Source of the DNA: Octopus bimaculoides
Taxonomy: Eukaryota
Length of the DNA: 32,646 nt
Assembly: GCF_001194135.2 (NCBI RefSeq)
Contig: NC_068991.1
Span: 34,794,010-34,826,655 of the forward strand
Reading direction: 5' to 3'
Shown here: positions 12,330-21,400 of the stretch, in pieces
Layout of the letters: every line of letters begins with the position of its first letter
How positions within the stretch are numbered: position 1 is the stretch's first letter
Notes under the pieces: model-generated
What the model saw: only the letters and a program-made list of their open reading frames with translations
The model's database searches: none
Told to the model about the DNA's origin: nothing
Made by a program: the position numbers and the translations under genes

Positions 12330-13801
12330 AGGCTTCACTTTCAGAGTGAAAGGTAGACTATAATGATGCTTGTGTATGAACAGCTATATTCTATGGTAGT
12401 GAGACATGGGCTCTGAATACTGAAGACATGCGAAGACTGGAGAGAAACCAAAGTAGTATGTTTTGTTGGATGTGCAACATTAGTGCACATGTACAACAAA
12501 GTGCAAATGTATTGAGAAAAATGTTGGACATAAGAGGAATCAATGTAGCATGCAAGAGAGAAGACTAAGTTGGTTTGGACATGTGATGCATATGAATGAG
12601 GACAGCTGCATAAAGAAGTGCCGATCACTGAAAGTGTATGGTACCCATGGAAGAGGGAAACCCAGGAAGACATGGGATGAAATGGCAAGGACCAATCTCA
12701 GGAAGTCGGACCTCACAGAGGAAATAACCATGAACCATGATGTCTGGTAATATGAAGTTCTTGAGAAGACCCATCCACATCAGTGTAACTGAGTTCTAGA
12801 AGTGCTGTGTTCTACCCACACTTAACAAGAATACTTCTCACACACTCTGCCTCATATTTCCGCTTCATGTACTATGATTACCTCCCACTCCCCAATCTTG
12901 TCCTCTTGATTCAGGACCATTGTATCATTGCTCTCTGCTTGTCTCCGACCTGTACGTTGTACCCACATGCTTTGTCTTACTCTATTATTGCCATCTGCTA
13001 GCCCCCAACCTGGATGTTCCACCCACACAAAACAAGAAAACTTTTCCCTCACCCTACCCCAACAAACCAATCTACATCTCTTTCTCACATTTCCTCCTTC
13101 ATTCACTATGCCTTCCTCACGCCCCTGTTCCTCTGTATCATTGCTATCCAGTAGCCCCTCCAACTCTATATGTACCCAAGTCTTTTGCCACTTACTCAGA
13201 CTCTTTAGTCGCACTCCCATCGCAATATCCTGTCATTTATATTATGGCATTTGAACCTCAAGGGTATGCCCTGGCACTTGCCACTATCTATATCTCTCTC
13301 TTCCTTTACTCAACCATCTCATTTATATTCTGATCCCTGTTCCTTGTGAGCTTGCCCGGCATTTTGCCACCATCTTCATCCTGCAGTCTCCCACTCTCTC
13401 TCTCTCCTTCTCCTTCACTTCCCTCAGGTTGGGCAACCATGTATTTTCTTTGTGGTAGCACCCCTGTTTCTTTCTTCATTCCTGATCTTTCTCTCCCTGC
13501 CCGGGTAACCGTGTATTTCCCCTACAACAAGACACTTATATCTATCTCACTATAACCTTTTCATTGTCACCTCCTCCCCTCTTAAAAGTTTTTGTCTTGC
13601 AAGTACTTGGTGGCCCTGTCAATGCAGGTGCCACTTAAAAGCACCCAGTCCACATTGTACAGTGGTTGGTGTTAGGAAGGGCATCCAGCTGTAAAAATCC
13701 TGCCAAAACAGTCACAGAAGTCTGGTGTAAGCTTTGGCCTGGCCGGCTCTTGTGGTACCATCCCACCAAGGAACACAAATGCTAAATGATGATGATGATG
13801 A
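12330..13801 (+). mobile_element. 5'-truncated RTE LINE with long pyrimidine-rich 3' region and (GAT)n tail
   Basis: MQERRLSWFGHVMHMNEDSCIKKCRSLKVYGTHGRGKPRKTWDE (12550-12750). The tail motif GTTAGGAAGGGCATCCAGCTG...(GAT)n lies at 13670-13801. Confidence 0.85.
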
Positions 13802-13813
13802 TATATATATATA

Positions 13814-14236
13814 NNNNNNNNNNNNNNNNNNNNNNNNNNNNNNNNNNNNNNNNNNNNNNNNNNNNNNNNNNNNNNNNNNNNNNNNNNNNNNNNNNNNNNN
13901 NNNNNNNNNNNNNNNNNNNNNNNNNNNNNNNNNNNNNNNNNNNNNNNNNNNNNNNNNNNNNNNNNNNNNNNNNNNNNNNNNNNNNNNNNNNNNNNNNNNN
14001 NNNNNNNNNNNNNNNNNNNNNNNNNNNNNNNNNNNNNNNNNNNNNNNNNNNNNNNNNNNNNNNNNNNNNNNNNNNNNNNNNNNNNNNNNNNNNNNNNNNN
14101 NNNNNNNNNNNNNNNNNNNNNNNNNNNNNNNNNNNNNNNNNNNNNNNNNNNNNNNNNNNNNNNNNNNNNNNNNNNNNNNNNNNNNNNNNNNNNNNNNNNN
14201 NNNNNNNNNNNNNNNNNNNNNNNNNNNNNNNNNNNN
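13814..14236. other. Assembly gap (N run)
   Basis: Run of N. Confidence 1.
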
Positions 14237-14768
14237 GCAAGAAAAACATTTTTGGAAATGTAATCATAAAATTTCTATTAAAATAAGTTATCTTTATATG
14301 CCATGTTTGCAATTCTCCATATAAACAATAGCCAAGTGTGTATCAAATGAAATTAAAATCTTGGTTCAATGACAGATCAGTCAAGTTATTAAAGTTTTAA
14401 CGTTGTTGGTAACAACATATTCTCTCTTTTAACTAAATATTGAAAAAGAGAGAAAATGCAAGGGAAATTTTGGCTGTAAGGACTGAACCCCTTGTTTCAT
14501 TATCACAATTAAAAGGAAATTTGGAGGTGTAACATAGCACAAGTTCATTTCAGTAAATGTTTTTCTTGCACATCAACACACACACACACACCTGCACATA
14601 TACGCACATGAATACACATGGATGAAGTCCCATTTTGGAAGCATGTTAAAGTTTTTATTGTTTTGGAATGAAAAACAGAAACATAGGTGCTGATCCAGTA
14701 ACTAAACTTGTATTATTTTGTTGGGATTAATCCAATGAATTGACAGCAAGGTAATCAGAATCGTTTAC

Positions 14769-14796
14769 CTTTAAAGTGAAAAAACAAAACCAACAT
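14769..14796 (-). CDS. Probable first coding segment of the galaxin-like gene (MLVLFFHFK)
   Basis: ATG TTG GTT TTG TTT TTT CAC TTT AAA G|GTAAAC. The phase-1 donor matches exon 11168-11061 and completes a signal-peptide-like MLVLFFHFKVLVLVKSVFC. The frame is also open upstream to an acceptor at 14856, so the true start is uncertain. Confidence 0.55.
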
Positions 14797-14889
14797 ATAC
14801 AACAGGTATGTAAAATATATTTCTGTGTACTTCTTTCTCTGTTCATTTGGACAAGCTGTAGAAATTGTTGCACATGCACACACACAAAC

Positions 14890-15360
14890 ACAAAAATTCT
14901 CTAGACATTTAGTTGTTATTTTTAGCATATTGAGTTTTGTGGTGAGGACTTCACATGCCGTGATCCTTTTGCTGTTTCACTATAAATCTACGCATGTGGA
15001 AATGGACAAAACAGCCGTTCATTTTCACTTTTGGACAACGGGATGGGGTGGCAAGCGGGGTATGGATCAATTGTGGAGTTTTTCATAAAAGATTTAAAAT
15101 CAAAATTTGTTTTTTTTCCCCCACATTCTTAATCTCCACATTTTTCCATAAAGATTGAAAAAAATTTTGGAAAAAAAGTAAAAAGTTTAAAATTTGGTGG
15201 GGAATTAAAAAGTTTGAAAACATGGTTTTTTTTTTGCAAATTTGGAATCTCCATCATTGAAAACAGGAATCCAGAAAAAATATTGGAAAGGTCGGTTTTG
15301 GTGGGTGGGGTGGGGTTACTGTCTGCCAGGTTCGCCCATTAGACTTTTTCCTTTAGTCAT
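14890..15360. mobile_element. Probable non-autonomous DNA-transposon relic (unclassified)
   Basis: Alternating A/T tracts and short G/C runs, similar in style to 25880-26230 and 27590-27870. Termini not defined. Confidence 0.3.
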
Positions 15361-15589
15361 TACACGGTGACTGCTTATAAGCTTTAAGCTTATAAGCTTT
15401 AAGCTTATAAAATATTATTATCATTTACAGAAAAATATATATAAATATGCATCAATTACATAAGTGTTCCAAAATAGATATAAAACTAATAAAAATTAAA
15501 CTATTAACAATTTCCCAATATATGATAAAATAAAATAAAATAAACAGCAATTTGAAAAATAGTGATATGATCCCAATGTTGAAATATAT

Positions 15590-15668
15590 AGAAATATTCT
15601 TTTCTACTCGAGGCACAAGGCCTGGAATTTTTGAGGAGGGGAGCCAATCTATCAGATCAACCCCAGTA
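15590..15668. mobile_element. SINE fragment
   Basis: TTTTCTACTCGAGGCACAAGGCC...GGGGAGCCAATCTATCAGATCAACCCCAGTA resembles a recurrent octopod SINE segment (recognised from memory). The reverse complement GGGGTCGATT occurs in the SINE at about 24627. Confidence 0.45.
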
Positions 15669-15669
15669 A

Positions 15670-16067
15670 TGGCCTGTGAGAGCAATGCATAAAAATGCTG
15701 TAAGTAAAATGAGAGTTGACAACGATTTCAGTGATGAATTTTGCATGAGGATTGGAGTTCATCAACGCTCAGTCCTCATTCGCCTCCTATTCATCATAGT
15801 TCCGCAAGCCATCACTAAAGAGGTTATGACTGGCCGTCCAAGGGAACTCATATGCTGATGATCTGTTTTCATAGCTACAGGGAATTAATGAGGAAATTCT
15901 GGGCATGGAATCTAAGCCTCGAATTGAAGAAGAGAATTTTAGTAAGTAGGAAAGAAAACAGGACATTGGTACTTTCAGGGAAATGGCTTTGCTCAACGTG
16001 CGGAATAGGAGTAAGTGTAAACTCCATATGCTGCACCCAATGTAAGCTATGGGCACACAAGAAATAA
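15670..16067 (+). mobile_element. RTE LINE reverse-transcriptase core fragment with Cys/His finger (pseudogene)
   Basis: VSKMRVDNDFSDEF..IGVHQRSVLIRLLFII is a degenerate GVHQGSVLSPLLF motif. It is followed by a decayed YADD region and SGKWLCSTCGIGVSVNSICCTQCKLWAHKK. Confidence 0.85.
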
Positions 16068-16204
16068 CTAAAAAAACTACATGTGCTGTCTGAAAACTAA
16101 TGTCAGATTCGGATTCAGCCCCCTTAAGTTACCTTAATTCAGCAGAAAAAGTTTAAATAGCATGATAATTTTTTTTTCTTCTTTTTTTGCCCAGTGTAAT
16201 AATA

Positions 16205-17040
16205 ATATTAATACAAAGTCCTGAAGAAACATCTCTGATTTGTGGCTTACAAAAAGCAGTTGACACAGGCTCTCCACCCAACCAATACACACAAAAGATT
16301 TGAGTTTGCTACAAAGATGTGTGATGTTATGGACAATGATGAGCAATTCCTACAAAACGTTGTGTTCAGTGATGAGGCTACATTCTTTGTATGGACATGG
16401 TCATCGTCATAACATCTCGATATGGGCTGAGGAACCATCACATGCCTACATTGAGCACAAGCATGACAGCCTCAAAGTGTACCTTCACATATGATAGGAC
16501 CATTTTTCTTTACAGAGCTGATTGTGATGTCAAACTACTACCTTGATATGTCGGATATGTATGCAATGCCAAAAATGTGGGATGTAGGAGTAGGTATCAT
16601 ATTTCAACATGATGGGGTTCCGCCACACTATGCCAAAATTGTCCATGACTTTCTGGATAGGATATTTTCAAAGCAATGGATAGGAAGGGGTAGATGGAAG
16701 GCATAGCCTCCATGATTGCTGGACATCAAGCCTTTAGAATTTTACCTTTGGGGATATGTCAAGCAACATGTGTACAGTGTTCTTGTTATTGGGCACCTGA
16801 AGTAGAAAATCAGTGACATTGTTCAATATGTTACACCTGATGTTCTCTGTTGTGTGTGGCAAGAGCTGGAGTATCAATTAGATGTGTGTTGGGCAACAAA
16901 TGGAAGCCACATCAAACTATACTAAACTATATGTAAACTTGATTAGATGGTCTCTTATTCAACATGTAAATGAAATGTGTAGTGTTGCAAGTTACATCAA
17001 TAAATAGTTTTCAAATCCCACCATGACTTTACAGACACAG
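16205..17040 (+). mobile_element. Tc1/mariner-superfamily DD37D (maT-type) transposase pseudogene
   Basis: VVFSDEATF, HNISIWAEE, IGPFFF, FQHDGVPPHY, WIGRG..*PP*LLD..PLEFYLWGYVK. The second-to-third catalytic Asp spacing counts to 37 residues. Several stops and frameshifts. Confidence 0.9.
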
Positions 17041-17049
17041 TGTGTGTGT

Positions 17050-17086
<37 letters not shown>

Positions 17087-17956
17087 CATTAGTATTACTA
17101 GCAGAAAAAAGAGTCCTCCAGGCAGTTTTCTGCTAGCCCCTTGATAATATTTTCACATTTGATTCCCAATTCTAATAATTTTTATATTTTACATCTAATT
17201 ATTTCTTTGTATAACAGTGCTCACTTGCTTAGTAGGTATTGCTTTCATTATTTTATCACAGTCATAATCTCTCTTTTTTAAACAAACATCACAGTAGTCC
17301 AACAACAGAGGGAGAAGCAGTTTGTCAAGTTTTATCTTCCCCTCAAAGCAACATAGAGATTTCAATTCAGCAGCCCTTCTGTAAGCTTTGCAGTGTAAGT
17401 GTGAAATTAGGCGTCATTTTCTTGGAGAGGTGCACTTCTAAAGAATATTTATTGCATAGTGTTTACTCTCTGTTTCTTTAATACTAATAGTATTTTGTTT
17501 TTAATTGTTCCTCCGCAGAAAGAATTGCTTTTATTAAAGCTTATGTTTAGTTGTGTGTTATTTTTCAGTTAATATATCTTATTAAATTCATCATTGCTTT
17601 TAATAGTAAATGCATGTTCTGTTAATAACTGCTTTATAGTCTTTCATCTTGGTTTCTGCTTTAAATTTTTATATTTTAGACTGATACATCACCTCTATAT
17701 GTTTGCTCAACTTGCTAGAAATATCAGTCAAATCACCCTCTCCTCACACCTTTTGAAGTATTTCAGGACCTCAAATGAATGTTTAACTACTAGGAGTGAG
17801 GTTTTTTCTTGTTATCCGCATTTTAAAAAATACATCTTAACTGAAATTAAGATATCCATCTAACACTTATGTAATTTTTTGATATACATAAGACAACGGT
17901 TTTTATGTTGAAGTTGATCTGATATGTATTTCATCCACGAAATCCTGGGTTGCTAT

Positions 17957-18278
17957 TGTAGTAACCCCTGGTGGTCAAGCAGGAAAGCAAAACGAAAAAG
18001 GAATCTAATGAGAGTAATCTCCCTTGACCTTCTAAAAAATTCTTGAATATTCGAGAAGCTTCCAATTAACTTCCAGATGACATGGAAGTCAGGGACTTCC
18101 GGTTCATTCCGTATATAAAGGAACACATTTCTAATTTCATGCCACTCTTGACTGTCGTGTCTATCTAGACTAAATTTTGCATATTGATTCGTTTGTTGCA
18201 CTTGTTTGAATTGGTTAAAAACTGTTGATGTTTTATGCTGCTTTGCAACAGTTTGTTTGTCTGTGCTGTCTCACCACA
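17957..18278 (+). promoter_or_regulatory. TG...CA-bounded, TATA-containing promoter/LTR-like segment directly 5' of an ORF1
   Basis: Starts TGTAGTAACCCC and ends CTCACCACA. Contains ACTTCC/GGAAGT/GACTTCCGG (18069-18102) and TATATAAAG (18112-18120). The ORF ATG is at 18290. Confidence 0.4.
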
Positions 18279-18289
18279 TTTGAGGAGGG

Positions 18290-19360
18290 ATGGCTTAGTC
18301 TTCAAGGAAAAATATGTTTTATTCGGACCTTAGCAGGACTGAGGAGGAACTTGTGCGAGCAGTAGAAGTGATAGACAAGTGCTTGAGGAAGAAAAGCTTC
18401 ACAGAGGCGACAGGGGTCGCAAGAAGAGAAGTAAACCTAATGAATTTGAGGAACTTTGAAAAAATGTTAAACAGAGAAGGTGGTGATGTGAAATTGTCAC
18501 CACCTCAGGAAGTTATGAAAAGTATGATTCAGTAAAAGAAAAAAGAATTGAAAATGAATCAACAGAAATGATAGAAAGGGCATTGAGGCCAATCTGACAA
18601 GATATATTATATTTTGTCAGAGGAAGACGATATGCCATGGGAGATGTGCATTTCAGAAGCAAGGAAAAGGCTAAGGAACATGCAGTGAACCCACTGAAGG
18701 CAGATAGGGTGATCCTCCGACCTACATGCCTTGGAAGAAGGACTTCCAGGGTCAGCGTGAAGGGAATCCCCCCTGAAATAGACACGGCTTGGGTGGCAAC
18801 AGCTGTGCTTCTAGGAAGTGAAAAAGAAGTAACCATGCTCCAAGCCACAGAGACAGAGGCCACCAATTGGAGAGGAAAGGTACTGGACGTTATAATACAA
18901 AGTACAGTAGAGTACTTAGAAAAGATGGTGGAAATGGTGACAATAGGAGAAACAGTGCTCAGAGTTTGGTTAGAGGGCAGAATCCCACGTTGCTTTAAAT
19001 GTGGCCAAAAGGGCCACATTAGAGTGGACTGCCCTCTAAAAAACAATAAGGAAATTCGAGAGGAAGTTGAGAAGGAGCCGGAGAGAGTGGAAAAAATAAG
19101 AGAAGTGAATGAGGAAGAAATGTGGAAGGTGGCTGAAGGAAGAAAGCAGAGGAAGAGGAAGGAAGAAAGCAGAAGAAGAGGAAGGAAGAAAGCAGAGGAA
19201 GAGGAAGAAAGAAAGCAGAGGAAGAGGAAGAAAGAAAGTCAGTGTGAACCCCCAACCCGTCATGCATGTATATCATACGTTTTTTTTTTTTTTCTAATTG
19301 TTATATGTCCCCACATGTCTTTGTATGTCCCCTCTTTGTCGGCCTCTTGTGGGCAATAAA
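18290..19360 (+). pseudogene. L1/Tx1-like ORF1 (gag-like CCHC zinc-knuckle protein), disrupted, with no ORF2
   Basis: EGRIPRCFKCGQKGHIRVDCP is a CX2CX4HX4C knuckle. It is preceded by an RRM-like RVSVKGIPPEID segment and followed by an E/K/R-rich repeat. The frame from ATG 18290 has a TAG, a frameshift near 18510-18535 and a TGA at 18595. AATAAA at 19355-19360. Confidence 0.75.
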
Positions 19361-19639
19361 GAAACAACTTTTGCCTGTCAGTTCCTAGACATGCATTGAG
19401 TCACACCACTCACATACACACCCGCACGCGCGGATGTTCACCTTATTTGCTTTGGGAAATGTGGTTGCAAAATATGTTCATGTGATGTTACAAGTTTTTC
19501 CTTCAATTAACCTTATATGTTCACGCATTACGTCCAATAATAAATATATCATGACTCATTACGAACGTCTTACAAATTCTTATTTTCTTGTCGTTTATGT
19601 ACAAGATGATGACCCCTCTTTCTCGTATGCAATTATAAA

Positions 19640-21400
19640 AATTATAGGATGTCATTTACTGGCAATCACTATACACAACAAACACACAAAGATGAAATTG
19701 AAAATTATATCAATGGCTGCTATGTATCCTCATCAGAGGCAGTCTGGAGGATTCTAGGGCCCAAATTACATGGTTCACATCCTGCAGTCCAACAGCTTAC
19801 AGTTCATTTACCCCAACAGCAATACATTTACAATGATGATATTGAACATGTTGTCCATACACATGACAGGTCCACTCTCACTGAATGGAGGCAAGTTAAC
19901 CGGGAATTGTCAGATAACTCATTTGCATGTACATTACATTATATTGATTTTCCTGAATTTTACACATGGAATAATAGTGAGAAAATGTGACATCTCAGAA
20001 AATATAAAGAGACAATTCACAATTCAAAAGCAGATATTCACAGTCACAAAATTCTCACTGCTAAAACTTTCTTCATTGATGGACCAGATGAGTCAAGTAA
20101 AACTTTTTTCTGTAGTATCATTCTTTCCCATGTTCGCAGAGAAGGAAAGATTGCAATAGCAACTGCATCATCTGCTATACCTGCATTGCTACTTACTGGG
20201 GGTACCACAGCTCATTCCATTTTCTGCCTTCCCTTCAATCCGGTTAATGTTGCCACATGTAATGTATCCATACAGAGTAACAAAGCAACTTATATTATTC
20301 AGGCTGATGTTATAATTTGGGATGAATTACCTATGTCTCACCGCTTCCTCACAAGGCATTGGATAGAACATTAAGAAATTTTATGAAAACATTTGGCCCC
20401 AGGTTTGAACATGTTCCGTTTAGAGGAAAAGTAATCATTTTTGGTGGGTATTTTCAACAAATTTTAGCTGTCATTAAACATGGAAGCAGACCACAGATAG
20501 TAGGCAGCAGCTTTAATAATTCATCTTTATGGAAACATGTAAAAAAATTCAGCTGACTGAAAATATATGATTAAAATCATATACATAGAATTCAGAAGAT
20601 CAAAACAACCAAATTCAGTTCAGCAACTTTATACTTCATGTAGGAAATAGTTCCGTAGCAGAAGAAGCAAATGGTGAAATTATTATACCCTGGGGATGTA
20701 ATATTGTTCATAATTTTAACAACCTCATTTCCTTGGTTTTCAATAGAAATGTCATACAGGAATGTATTGCAGAGTCAGAAAGATTTTCAAAATTTGTTGT
20801 TTTAGCACCAGAAATGTTGATGTTGATCTCATCAATGAGGAAATAATAAAACTATTTTCAGATGATGAAAAGGTTCTCTTTAGTCATGATCAATGTTCAA
20901 ATCAGGATGATGCATCAGAATTCACTACAGAGTACTTAAATACACTAAATATTTCAGGCTTACCATCACACATATTAAAATTGAAAACCAATACACTAAT
21001 TATTCTCTTGTGCACAATTGACCAAGCTAATGGCATGTATAATGGTACATGCTTAGTTATTCAAGAGATTCAAGAAAAAATCATGAAGGCAAAAATTATA
21101 ACAAAAGAATTGTATTTATACCAAGAGTTACCCTTTCTTGAGTAGGTGAAGAGCTCCCATTTACATTTATTAGACAACTGTTTCCTATTAGGCTAGCAAT
21201 GGCAATGACAATTAATAAATCACAAGTACAAACATTTGAAAAAATTGGTTTATATTTACCAAAGCCTGATTTATGCATGGACAACTGTATGTTGCCTTTT
21301 CTAGAGTGTCTACAGGGTTTCCAGGATTAAATATATATGTATCAAAGGACAAACACACCACAAAGAATGTTGTTTACAAGGAAGTGCTCATTTAGACTTC
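19640..21400 (+). mobile_element. Helitron Rep-helicase pseudogene (end of Rep region and PIF1-family helicase), internally deleted
   Basis: DEIENYINGCYVSSSEAVWRIL..LHGSHPAVQQLTVHLPQQQ; FFIDGPDESSKT (decayed Walker A); GGTTAHSIF; IIWDELPM; GGYFQQIL; SGLPSHILKLK; NGT; FPIRLAMAMTINKSQ; HGQLYVAFSRV; KNVVYKEVL. Confidence 0.93.

Noticed and set aside
17953-18201. Minus-strand 82-aa ORF faintly like a Helitron Rep N-terminal region
   Set aside because: It is on the opposite strand to the Helitron and has no diagnostic motif. The plus-strand promoter-like reading explains the region better.
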